Shown here: positions 9,535-18,963 of the stretch, in pieces
How positions within the stretch are numbered: the first letter of the stretch is position 1
How the letters are laid out: the number at the start of each line of letters is the position of its first letter
Source of the DNA: Armatimonadota bacterium
GTDB taxonomy: Bacteria > Armatimonadota > SYMT01
DNA length: 64,000 bases
Direction: 5' to 3'
NCBI GenBank assembly: GCA_041690135.1
Contig: JAWLHY010000002.1
Coordinates: forward strand, 1,200,342-1,264,341
Notes under the pieces: generated by a model
What the model was told of the DNA's origin: nothing
Databases searched by the model: none
The model's input: only the letters and a program-made list of their open reading frames with translations
Translations under genes and position numbers: made by a program

Positions 9535-10431
9535 ATGAAGCCGGAACGACCCTCCGTTTCCCCGGAAGCGATCGAGGCCTACAACCTCTACATCCACGGC
9601 AAGATCGACCGCCGCACCTTTATGGACCGGGTGGCGAGCCTTGCGACAACCGCCTTCGCCACTGCCGCCATCCTCGACCAGTTGATGCCGAACTACGCAG
9701 CGGCGCAGCAGGTGGCGCCGGAAGATCCGCGTCTCAAGACGGAGCGGGTGACCATCCCTTCTCCGCAGGGGAACGGCAGCATCCAAGGTTACCTGGTGCG
9801 ACCGGCCGCCGCGGCCGGAAAGAAGTTGCCGGCGATCATGGTGGTCCACGAGAACCGGGGTCTCAACCCGCACATCGAGGACGTTACCCGGCGGATCGCC
9901 CTGGAGAACTTCATGGCCCTGGCGCCCGACGGCCTCACTTCCGTGGGCGGTTACCCGGGTGACGACGATAAGGGCGGCCAGTTGTTCCGCCAGGTGGACC
10001 GGGCGAAGATGGCGGAAGACATGCACGCCGCGGCGGTGTGGCTGAAAAACCGGCCGGACAGCACCGGGAAGCTGGGCGTTACCGGCTTCTGCTTCGGCGG
10101 CGGTATTTCGAACCAGCTCGCAGTGCGGATGGGGACGGGCCTGGCCGCGGCCGTGCCGTTCTACGGCTCGGCGCCCCCGCTGGAGGACGTGCCGAAGATC
10201 AAAGCCGCGGTGCTGGTGCACCACGGTGAGGAAGACCGCCGCCTGGTGCAGGCGTGGCCCGCCCACGAGTCCGCGCTGAAGGCGGCCGGGGTTACCTACG
10301 AGGGCCACATCTATCCCGGCGCCGGCCACGGCTTCAACAACGACGCCACCGCCGCGCGCTACAAGAAGGATGCGGCCGACCTGGCGTTCAAGCGCACTAT
10401 CGCCTGGTTCAACAAATACGTCCGCGGCTAA
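9535..10431 (+). CDS. Dienelactone hydrolase family protein (YghX-like)
   Basis: 'YIHGKIDRRTF', 'VHENRGLNPHIEDV', nucleophile 'GFCFGG', 'GHGFNND'. Confidence 0.9.
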   Translation: MKPERPSVSPEAIEAYNLYIHGKIDRRTFMDRVASLATTAFATAAILDQLMPNYAAAQQVAPEDPRLKTERVTIPSPQGNGSIQGYLVRPAAAAGKKLPAIMVVHENRGLNPHIEDVTRRIALENFMALAPDGLTSVGGYPGDDDKGGQLFRQVDRAKMAEDMHAAAVWLKNRPDSTGKLGVTGFCFGGGISNQLAVRMGTGLAAAVPFYGSAPPLEDVPKIKAAVLVHHGEEDRRLVQAWPAHESALKAAGVTYEGHIYPGAGHGFNNDATAARYKKDAADLAFKRTIAWFNKYVRG

Positions 10432-10466
10432 CGGGTCGCAGCTAGCAAAGAAGGATCGAGAATCGC

Positions 10467-12569
10467 ATGCGGAGTTGGGGTTTGGCTCTGGTCGGCGCGC
10501 TGGTGGTGCCGTCGTACCTGGTCGTGGCGGGAGCGAGCGCGGAGCGGAAGGCGGAGAAGGGGACCGAGTGGGCCAGCTACGGCGGCGGACCCGAAGGCAT
10601 CCGCTATTCGCCGCTCGCCCAGATCAATCGCTCCAACGTCCAGCAGTTGCAGGTGGCCTGGACCTACGATACCGGCGAGGGCCCCGGCGGCACCCAGGCC
10701 CAGCCGCTGGTGGCCGGGGGCGTGCTGTACACCACCACTCCCCGTCACAACCTGTTAGCGCTGGACGCCGCCACCGGAAAGCAGCTCTGGAAGTTCGAGC
10801 CGGGCGTTACCGGGCGCGGGGCGAACCGCGGTGTTGCTTGCTGGGAGAAGAAGGGCGAGCGGCGCATCTTCACCTCGGTCCAGCACTGGCTCTACGCCGT
10901 GGACGGCGCCACCGGCAAGCCGATCCCCAGCTTCGGCAACCAGGGGCGGATCGATCTTCGCGAGGGATTGGGTCGCGACCCGGCGAAGCAGTCGATCCTC
11001 CTCACCACCCCGGGAGTGGTCTACAAAGACCTGCTGATCGTCGGTGGCCGCACCTCCGAGGGTCTGCCCGCCACCCCCGGCGACATTCGTGCCTACGACG
11101 TTCGCACCGGCAAGTTGAAGTGGTCGTTCCACACGATCCCCCGGCCTGGCGAGTTCGGCTACGAGACCTGGCCCCGGTACGCCTACAAGGTGGCCGGGTC
11201 CGCCAACAACTGGGCCGGGATGGTGGTAGACGTGAAACGGGGGATCGTGTTCGCCCCGACCGGCTCCTCGGCCATGGACTTCTACGGGGCGAACCGGGTG
11301 GGGGACAACCTCTTCGCCAACTCGCTCGTGGCGCTCGATGCGAATACCGGCAAGCGCAAGTGGCACTTCCAGGCCGTGAAACACGACATCTGGGACCGCG
11401 ACTTTCCCTCGCCGCCCGCCCTGGTGCGCGTGAAGCGCGGCCGGAAGTGGATCGACGCCGTGGCGCAGACCGCCAAGACCGGGCACGTCTACGTCTTCGA
11501 GCGGACCACCGGGAAGCCTCTCTTCCCAATCGAGTACCAGGAATACCCGGCGAGCGACACCCCGGGCGAGGTGACCTCAAAGACCCAGCCCCTGCCCACG
11601 AAGCCGGCGCCGTTCTCGCGGCAGTCCGTCACCGAGGCGATGCTGACGAACCGCACGCCGGAAGCGCGCAAGTGGGCCGTCGAGAAGTTCCGCACCTTCC
11701 ACGGCGGCACCCCCTTCGTGCCGTTCCGGGTGGTCCAGGAGACGATCATCTTCCCCGGCTTCGATGGCGGCGCGGAGTGGGGCGGCCCAGCGTACGATCC
11801 CGAGTCGAACCTCCTCTACGTCAACGCCAACGACCTGGTCTGGACCGCCAGCCTGGCCAAGAACGCCATCGCCAAGTCCGGCCGCCAGCTTTACCTGCAG
11901 CACTGCGCCAACTGCCACGGCGACACTCTGGCCGGATCCCCGCCGCAGATGCCGTCGCTGCTGAATCTGGAGCCGAAGTGGGACGTGCCCGCGATTGAGA
12001 AGATCACCCGCGAGGGGGCCGGACGCATGCCCGGCTTCCCGAACCTGACGGCGCAGGAGGTGCGGTCGGTCTCCGAGTACGTGAAGAGCGGCGAAAGCAA
12101 GGAAATCCAGCCGGACGAAGCCGCCGTGACGCAGCTCGACTACCGCTTCACCGGCTACAAGAAGTTCTACGATCCGGACGGCTACCCGGCGGTCGCGCCG
12201 CCCTGGGGCACCCTGAACGCCATCAACCTCAGCACCGGGGAGTACGCCTGGAAGATCCCGTTCGGCGAGTACCCGGAACTGGCTGCGAAGGGTATGAAGA
12301 ACACCGGCAGCGAGAACTACGGCGGCCCCGTGGTCACCGCGGGTGGCCTCCTCTTCATCGCCGCCACCAACTACGACCGCAAGTTCCGCGCCTTCGACAA
12401 AGCGACCGGCCAGCTTCTCTGGGAGACCACCCTGCCGTTTTCCGCCAACGCCACGCCGGCGGTCTACTCCGTCGGCGGCAAGCAGTACGTGGTGATCACC
12501 TCGGAAGGGTCCAAGAGCCGCCCCACCGATCCGAAGGGGAGCAAGGTCATCGCGTTTGCGTTGCCTTGA
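10467..12569 (+). CDS. PQQ-dependent dehydrogenase (glucose-DH-like) with an inserted c-type cytochrome domain
   Basis: Signal peptide; 'RYSPLAQIN..NV..L.VAWTY'; 'KWHFQAVKHDIWDRD'; heme motif CANCH. Confidence 0.9.
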   Translation: MRSWGLALVGALVVPSYLVVAGASAERKAEKGTEWASYGGGPEGIRYSPLAQINRSNVQQLQVAWTYDTGEGPGGTQAQPLVAGGVLYTTTPRHNLLALDAATGKQLWKFEPGVTGRGANRGVACWEKKGERRIFTSVQHWLYAVDGATGKPIPSFGNQGRIDLREGLGRDPAKQSILLTTPGVVYKDLLIVGGRTSEGLPATPGDIRAYDVRTGKLKWSFHTIPRPGEFGYETWPRYAYKVAGSANNWAGMVVDVKRGIVFAPTGSSAMDFYGANRVGDNLFANSLVALDANTGKRKWHFQAVKHDIWDRDFPSPPALVRVKRGRKWIDAVAQTAKTGHVYVFERTTGKPLFPIEYQEYPASDTPGEVTSKTQPLPTKPAPFSRQSVTEAMLTNRTPEARKWAVEKFRTFHGGTPFVPFRVVQETIIFPGFDGGAEWGGPAYDPESNLLYVNANDLVWTASLAKNAIAKSGRQLYLQHCANCHGDTLAGSPPQMPSLLNLEPKWDVPAIEKITREGAGRMPGFPNLTAQEVRSVSEYVKSGESKEIQPDEAAVTQLDYRFTGYKKFYDPDGYPAVAPPWGTLNAINLSTGEYAWKIPFGEYPELAAKGMKNTGSENYGGPVVTAGGLLFIAATNYDRKFRAFDKATGQLLWETTLPFSANATPAVYSVGGKQYVVITSEGSKSRPTDPKGSKVIAFALP

Positions 12570-12705
12570 TCCTGACCTCTGGATGGGGCTCGTATTTACG
12601 ACCTGACGGCCGTGTTTGACGAGGAAGTCAATCTTTGTGTTGTCTAATGACGAAGGTCGGCATCCTCGTTTTATGACAGCCATCAGATAGTCCCCCCGCG
12701 CCGTA

Positions 12706-12852
12706 AGGGTAAGGGGGAACTATCTGAACAGTCTTGACTACGCGGCACAAACCTGTTTTTCAATGCAGGTCAGCGAGCCTTGCCGGAGTGACGGCGCTTG
12801 CGCGGCCCCCCTCTGGGAATCCGTACCTGCTCAGTTACCTGCACAGACCCGT
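12706..12852 (-). mobile_element. MITE-like element, family B, copy 1
   Basis: Reverse-complement homolog of 14175-14322 and 22899-23062; TA at 12704-12705 and 12853-12854. Confidence 0.7.
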
Positions 12853-13895
12853 TAGTTTTCGCTGGGGAAGTAGCCGGGTGTTATCTCAACTGAGCCGGCA
12901 CTATCGCCTTCCACGCTCACTTTTAGACCATCGTGCCCGAACATCATTAGGCAGCGAATTCGTAGTTTCACGTCATCAGTGTCCTCCTGACATGGCCCGG
13001 AGGAGATAGTGCGAGAATCGCGGTCGTACTGGATCACTGAAACAAAGCGTCGAGAAATCCACTCACCCCGAACTTGGAACTGAAGTGAACCAGCCAGCCA
13101 GAAATCCGCTGCGCGTTCAACTTCATCTTCCATCCGAAACTGATCGAAGCAGGTGGTAGGGGCAACGATGCTTCGGAACTTGATTGCCAATTGCGCCTTC
13201 GGAGGAAGGGCTTCCAAACCAAGACGAACTGTTGAGAAGCCTGGTGCCGCCAGTCCGGTTCCTCTTGCAGTGCCACCTCCTGTGGCATTCACTTGGAGAG
13301 GAAACACTTGTGGTTTCCACGCAAGAACCAGACCGGGCGGCCCATCGACCCTACCGCCAGGCTTGATAAGTTCGGGGAACTGGAGATCCGCAACCAACTG
13401 CCGGAATGGACGGTTCGCTTGGTTCTGGATGACGAGCACGTGTTCCCGGAGCGTCTCGCAGTCCACGCCCGACACGCCGTCTGTTCCTGGCCAGTCCAGC
13501 GAAAGGCCAGCCCTCGTCTGTATCCGGATGAGTGGCAAGGGAGGGTTCCATCCCTCGCCATCGATCCATTGCTCGTGTAGACGCTTCCAATTCCGCAACA
13601 GCGTAGCGGGGTAGCGCGCTTCATCATCGTCCACTTTGTCGGCGTGGTCCGCGCATAGCCAGATCCCGTTCTCGGCACTCTTGCGTTGTTCGTCAGTTTG
13701 ATTGGGATCGAAACGGGGGCCATTCGGCGAGGCAGCATGGATGTGTGATGCTCTCCCGGTTCTCACCGCTCTTCCCGGATCTGTATGGGGGCCGGCTGTC
13801 AATCGACGACAGTCTGGGTTCGAGCAGATGTAGCAAGCCCTTTCCGCTAGGACGCGGCGAACCCTATCGCTGAAGTCACTTTCACGCCTAGCCAC
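12852..13895 (-). CDS. HNH-type nuclease domain fused to an unknown C-terminal domain
   Basis: 'CSNPDC...SHIHAASPNGPRF...NGIWLCADHADKVD'; GTG 13895 after AAGGGG (alternative ATG 13961); visibly lower GC. Confidence 0.75.
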   Translation of the reverse strand: MARRESDFSDRVRRVLAERACYICSNPDCRRLTAGPHTDPGRAVRTGRASHIHAASPNGPRFDPNQTDEQRKSAENGIWLCADHADKVDDDEARYPATLLRNWKRLHEQWIDGEGWNPPLPLIRIQTRAGLSLDWPGTDGVSGVDCETLREHVLVIQNQANRPFRQLVADLQFPELIKPGGRVDGPPGLVLAWKPQVFPLQVNATGGGTARGTGLAAPGFSTVRLGLEALPPKAQLAIKFRSIVAPTTCFDQFRMEDEVERAADFWLAGSLQFQVRGEWISRRFVSVIQYDRDSRTISSGPCQEDTDDVKLRIRCLMMFGHDGLKVSVEGDSAGSVEITPGYFPSEN

Positions 13896-14174
13896 GGGGG
13901 TCCCCTTCCAGATCACTCCAAGAACTCGAACTGTTGCTTGATTATATAGTCGTTTCAACATCGACGCAGATTTCGTCGCTTCAGCTTACTCTGCGACGTG
14001 TGGAAAGACTCTGTCCAATTCGCACGGTCCAGATCCTTACGCCCAGGGGTGAGAGGGTCCCAACCGTGGGAACGGGTGCGCAAGAAGAAGAGGTCACCAT
14101 TTGGGAATAAGCAATCCCCAAGGTCGCCATCATCCTCGTTCTACGATACCTAACGTGTGGTCCCTTCGTGCGCA

Positions 14175-14322
14175 AAGGGTTTGTGCAAGTAACTGGGCAG
14201 GTACGGATCCCCACAGGGGGGCCGCGCAAGCGCCGGCACTCCGGCAAGAATCGCTGACCTGCATTGAGAAACAGACTCGTAGCAAGAGGTCAGGGCCTGT
14301 TCAGTTACTCCCACCAACCTCT
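14175..14322 (+). mobile_element. MITE-like element, family B, copy 2
   Basis: Shares 'gtaactgggcaggtacgg...cactccggcaag..tcgctgacctgcattga' with other copies; TA at 14323-14324. Confidence 0.7.
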
Positions 14323-14368
14323 TAGTCACTCTCAAGCCCCCTCTCCATAGGGATAAGCTTGCGCCTTT

Positions 14369-14850
14369 GGCCCTGTGCTCGGCCTTTGATGCTCGTCCCT
14401 CGCTAGCGGCCGGCTGCGGGCGTGCGAGCTTCCGCCGTCTTCCCGCGCCAAAACCTGCGGATGGATTCAAGACGGCGATTCACGGGAGCCTGCAAGTGCC
14501 GTCGAGCGACCTCCCCCCTTCGGGGAGGTCACAATTGGGGGCGTCCGACACGCCCCCAGAGGTGGTGATTGCTGTTTGGAGCACGAGTAGATACCTAGGC
14601 CGTTGCCATCCTGTCCGATCCTTGGTGTCACAACGGATGCTAACCCGAGCCGGCCGGGGCCGGCACTTGTGGTCTCCCGGGGTACCCGCGTGCGGGTCGT
14701 GGGGGGACAGCTTGAAGGCACCGGTTCGCCACCCGTACACGCCCGGCAGAAGGCAAAGAGCCAGGCTGTCTCGCGGGAAGCTAGTCTTGCCAAGCACGCC
14801 CGGAGCCGGCCGCTAGCGAGGGACGAGCGTGAAAGGCCGAGCGCAGGGCC
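14369..14850. repeat. Family A long non-coding element, copy 1 (57-bp inverted repeats around hairpins)
   Basis: 14369-14425 and 14794-14850 are inverted repeats with 4 mismatches; internally homologous to 21549-22130; homology continues to about 14980. Confidence 0.8.
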
Positions 14851-15127
14851 CATTGACGCGGGAGGGTGGCGAGCCGGTGGCAAGGGCTGGGGGGGAACCA
14901 CGGGAGTCGCATTGGGAGAGGAGAAACATCAACGTTGCTGCTGAACCCAAAGGCTTTGCGGCAACACCACCTCCTGCGGAACGGAAAAGGTCCACGCCAC
15001 TCCAGCACGGCACTGCGTTTTGGGAGAGGTAAGGAGCCAGGACGCAACGAGGACTTCCCTTCCGCATGCCACAAATAATAGAGGAAACGGCAGGCGGGCA
15101 GATTCTCCGTCAGCCTGTGAAGTGGGA

Positions 15128-17563
15128 ATGGGAATGAGCCAAACCGCGAAAACGCTGGGGATCCTGGGGGCCCTCCTGGCGGGTGCGGCCCTGCATGCCG
15201 CGGAAACGCCCCAAGGACGCGTTCCGGCCAAGCCGCAAGCGCCCACGCCTGCGAAGGCGGCAGCCGCGGACCTGGCCACCGTGGCCCGGCCATTTCTGCA
15301 GGCGCACTGCCTCCGCTGCCACGGCGCTGAGCAGGCAAAGGCAGGACTGCGGCTCGACCGGATGGGGGCCGATCTTTCCCAGGCGGCCACGCTCCGACAG
15401 TGGCAGAAGATCGCCGCCCGGGTCCATGCCGGTGAGATGCCGCCGCCGGGACAGCCGCGACCGAAGCCCGAGTTGGTAACCGCCTTCCTCAAGCACCTCA
15501 CGCCCCGGCTGGACGAGGCCGCCGCAAAGCAGCGGGCGGAGGGGCGGGTGGTGCTGCGGCGCCTGAACCGGGTGGAGTACGAGAACACCGTCCGCGACTT
15601 GTTCGCGGTCCGCGTCTCCGTGAAGGAGATGCTGCCGGAGGACGCCGTTTCCCACGGGTTCGATAACGTCGGCGCCGCGCTCAACGTCTCGCCCGCCCAG
15701 ATCGAGCAGTACCTCGAGGCTGCTGACGCGGTCCTCGACGCGGCCCTGGAGCCGGTCCACCGCCTGGAGAGCACCACGCAGCGTTTCGAGCTCTACGACT
15801 CGCTCCCCTCGTGGTTCCAGCCGCGTGTCTGGAAACAGGAAGACGGCGTGGTGCTCTTCTCCCCGCAGCACGAGTCCGCCACCTGGCTCGGCAAGTTCCG
15901 CGCTCCGGCGCCCGGCCGCTACCGGTTCCGGGTCTCCGCCTCCACGCACAACTCGCAGGTGCCATTGCCCCTCGCCGTGCTCCTCGGCTACTTCAATGTG
16001 AAGGGCCGGCCGATCCAGCACCAGGGTTACTACGACGTGCCGCCCGGCCCACCGACCACCCTCCAGTTCGAGCGGCGCTTCCTGGCGAAGAACGACACGA
16101 TCAAGGTGGGTCCGGTGGACATGCCGTTCGTCTACCTCAACCAGCAGAAGATGCCGGGGTACCCCGGTCCGGGGCTGAAGATCCACTGGATCGAGATCGA
16201 GGGGCCCCTCCCGGAAACATGGCCCTCTGAGAGTTACCGGCGGGTGTTCGGAGACATGGACCCGAAGACCGGTACCCTGGCCGACGCGGAGCGGCTGCTG
16301 CGCGACCTCCTGCCCCGGGCGTTCCGGCGACCGGTGGCGGAGAACGAGGTCCGGCCGTACCTGGCGCTGGTCGAGGCGTCTCTCCAGTCGGGGCAGGGCT
16401 TCGCGGAGTCGCTGCGGGCGGGCATCAAGGGGGTGCTGGTCTCACCGAAGTTCCTCTACCTGCGCGAGCCCGCGGGCGTGCTGGACGACCACGCGCTGGC
16501 GACCCGGCTCTCCTACTTCCTCTGGAGCACGATGCCGGACGAGACTCTCATCGCGCTGGCCCGTAAAGGGGAGCTACGCCGCCCGGAAGTGCTTCGTGCC
16601 CAGGTGGAGCGGATGCTGGGAGACCCCCGGTCGTCGGCCTTCACAGAGAACTTCACCGGCCAGTGGCTCGGCCTGCGCAACATCGAGGCCACCACGCCCG
16701 ACAAGCAGCTATACCCGGAGTATGAAGAGCTGCTCCAGTGGTCCTCCGTGCGGGAGACGCAGCTCTTCTTCGACAAGCTGCTCCGCGAGAACCTGGGCGT
16801 GCGGAACTTCGTCGACTCGGACTTCGCGATGTTGAATGGCCGGCTGGCGAAGCATTACGGCATCCCCGGCGTCGAGGGGGTGAAGTTCCGGGAAGTTCCC
16901 TTGAAGCCGGAATACCACCGCGGCGGCGTGCTCACCCACGCCAGCGTCCTCAAGGTCACCGCGAACGGGACGAACACCTCGCCCGTGCTGCGTGGCGCCT
17001 GGGTGCTGGACCGGATCCTGGGCCAGCCGGCGCCCCCGCCGCCCGCGAACGTGCCCGCCATCGAGCCGGACATCCGCGGCGCGTCCACCATCCGCGAGCA
17101 GCTCGCGAAGCACCGGGAAGACCCATCCTGCGCCGACTGTCATGCCCGGATCGATCCGCCCGGCTTCGCGCTGGAGAGCTACGATGTGATTGGTGGGTGG
17201 CGCGACCGGTACCGGGTGGTCGCGGACCGGAAGGACTGGGTCAAGAACCGGGTGGGACCCCTCGCGCCGTACCTCGCCGCCTGGCAATACGGCCTGGGCA
17301 AGCCGGTGGAGGCGGGCGGCGCCCTGGCGGACGGCCGCGGGTTTACGGACCTGGCGGAGTTCAAAAAGCTGCTGCTGGCCCAGCCGGACCAGATCGCCCG
17401 AAACGTGACGGAGAAGCTGGCCACCTACGCCACGGGCCAGCCGGTGGGTCCCGGCGACCGAGCGGCGGTGGACGCGATCCTGGCGCAGACCCGGTCCTCG
17501 GGCTACGGCCTCCGTTCGCTCGTCCACGCGGTGGTCGCCAGTGACCTTTTCAGAAGGAAGTGA
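15128..17563 (+). CDS. DUF1592-type (DUF1587/1595/1592/1588/1585) protein with planctomycete cytochrome c domain
   Basis: Signal peptide, CLRCH, 'LRRLNRVEYENTVRDL', 'LATRLSYFLWS..PD', 'SPVLRGAWV', CADCH. Confidence 0.92.
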   Translation: MGMSQTAKTLGILGALLAGAALHAAETPQGRVPAKPQAPTPAKAAAADLATVARPFLQAHCLRCHGAEQAKAGLRLDRMGADLSQAATLRQWQKIAARVHAGEMPPPGQPRPKPELVTAFLKHLTPRLDEAAAKQRAEGRVVLRRLNRVEYENTVRDLFAVRVSVKEMLPEDAVSHGFDNVGAALNVSPAQIEQYLEAADAVLDAALEPVHRLESTTQRFELYDSLPSWFQPRVWKQEDGVVLFSPQHESATWLGKFRAPAPGRYRFRVSASTHNSQVPLPLAVLLGYFNVKGRPIQHQGYYDVPPGPPTTLQFERRFLAKNDTIKVGPVDMPFVYLNQQKMPGYPGPGLKIHWIEIEGPLPETWPSESYRRVFGDMDPKTGTLADAERLLRDLLPRAFRRPVAENEVRPYLALVEASLQSGQGFAESLRAGIKGVLVSPKFLYLREPAGVLDDHALATRLSYFLWSTMPDETLIALARKGELRRPEVLRAQVERMLGDPRSSAFTENFTGQWLGLRNIEATTPDKQLYPEYEELLQWSSVRETQLFFDKLLRENLGVRNFVDSDFAMLNGRLAKHYGIPGVEGVKFREVPLKPEYHRGGVLTHASVLKVTANGTNTSPVLRGAWVLDRILGQPAPPPPANVPAIEPDIRGASTIREQLAKHREDPSCADCHARIDPPGFALESYDVIGGWRDRYRVVADRKDWVKNRVGPLAPYLAAWQYGLGKPVEAGGALADGRGFTDLAEFKKLLLAQPDQIARNVTEKLATYATGQPVGPGDRAAVDAILAQTRSSGYGLRSLVHAVVASDLFRRK

Positions 17564-17567
17564 TCCG

Positions 17568-18845
17568 ATGAGCGTGAGAATTCCCCGACGCACCTTCCTC
17601 CGCGGGGCCGGAGTCACCCTGGCACTGCCGCTGCTGGAAGCGATGACCCCGTCCCGAGTGCGGGCCGCGGGCGCCGCTCCCATGGGGCCGCCCCGGCGGA
17701 TGATCTGCATCAACACCACGCTGGGCCTCCACACGCCCAACCTGTTCCCGGCGAAAGCGGGTCCGGACTACGAGCTGACGCCGTATTTGGAGCCGATTAA
17801 GGAGTTCCGCGGCGACTTCACGGTCTTCTCCGGTCTCTCGCACCCGCAGGTGGACGGCGGTCACACTTCGGAGCTCTGCTACCTCACCGCGGCGCCGCAT
17901 CCCACCGGGGACAGCTTCAAGAACACGATCTCCCTGGACCAGTACGCGGTGGAGAAGCTGGTTCCGGATACGCGGTTCGGCTCGCTGGTCCTGGCCTCGT
18001 CGCACAACGGGATCTCCATCACCCGCAGCGGGGTGCAGATTCCCGCGGAGCGAAGCCCGTCGCGCCTGTTCAAGAGCCTGTTCGTGGACGGGACCCCCGC
18101 GGAGGTGAACACCCGCGTGCAGCGGCTCAAACAGGGGCAGAGTATTATGGACGCCGTGCTGGAGGAAGCGCGGGACTTCCAGAAGGGCCTGGGCGCGCAG
18201 GACCGCACCAAGCTGGAAGAGTACTTCACCTCGGTCCGCGAGGTCGAGAAGCGGATGGTCAAGGCCCAGGAGTGGGCCCGTCGTCCCAAGCCGAAGGTCG
18301 GGGCGAAACCGCCCGTCGACATCAACAGCTCCGTGGAGGTGGTCGCGCGGGTCCGGCTGATGCTGGACATCATGCACCTGGCGCTCCAGACCGACTCCAC
18401 CCGCTTCATCACCTTCGCGCTGAACGGCCTCAACGCCGTGCCGGTGATCCAGGGCGTGACGCAGGACTGGCACAACCTCTCCCACCACGGCCAGGACCCT
18501 ACCAAGCTCGCGGAGTTGAAGGTGATCGAGATCCAGCAGATGGCGCTCTTCGGCGAGCTGCTCGCGAAGCTCAAGGGCACCCGCGAGGACGGGGGCACGC
18601 TGCTGGACCGCACCATCGTGCTGTTCGGCAGCAACCTGGGGAACGCCAGCAGTCACGATACCCGCAACCTGCCGATCCTGGTGGCGGGCGGCGGCTTCCG
18701 GCACGGACGGCACCTCGCCTTCGATCCGCGGAAGCACCCGCCGCTGTGCAACCTGTACGTGCAGTTCCTCCAGCGACTCGGGGCGGAGGTGGACGCTTTC
18801 GGCTCCAGCACCGGCACGCTGCCGGGCTTCGAGCTGTTGGCGTGA
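17568..18845 (+). CDS. DUF1552 domain-containing protein
   Basis: 'RRTFLRGAGVTLALPLLEAM', 'ALQTDSTR', 'HNLSHHG'; usual partner of DUF1592. Confidence 0.92.
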   Translation: MSVRIPRRTFLRGAGVTLALPLLEAMTPSRVRAAGAAPMGPPRRMICINTTLGLHTPNLFPAKAGPDYELTPYLEPIKEFRGDFTVFSGLSHPQVDGGHTSELCYLTAAPHPTGDSFKNTISLDQYAVEKLVPDTRFGSLVLASSHNGISITRSGVQIPAERSPSRLFKSLFVDGTPAEVNTRVQRLKQGQSIMDAVLEEARDFQKGLGAQDRTKLEEYFTSVREVEKRMVKAQEWARRPKPKVGAKPPVDINSSVEVVARVRLMLDIMHLALQTDSTRFITFALNGLNAVPVIQGVTQDWHNLSHHGQDPTKLAELKVIEIQQMALFGELLAKLKGTREDGGTLLDRTIVLFGSNLGNASSHDTRNLPILVAGGGFRHGRHLAFDPRKHPPLCNLYVQFLQRLGAEVDAFGSSTGTLPGFELLA

Positions 18846-18963
18846 TTCATTGGGTATATAAGGCAGATTGCCGTGAGTGGAGCTTCCTGGTGGTGTCATT
18901 CGAGAGTAGCCGCCCCATCGGCTTGAAGGGCAGCCGGTCCTTCGCCTTCGTGCTCCCATAACC

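Noticed and set aside
12706-12856. Integron attC site (stop codon overlapping TAAC)
   Set aside because: No matching GTTRRRY end, no integrase and no cassette array; TA-flanked terminal inverted repeats fit a MITE better
14367-15078. Short ORFs inside family A repeats (also 21583-22383)
   Set aside because: Frames are not conserved between copies and are Arg/Pro/Gly-rich, typical of non-coding GC-rich DNA
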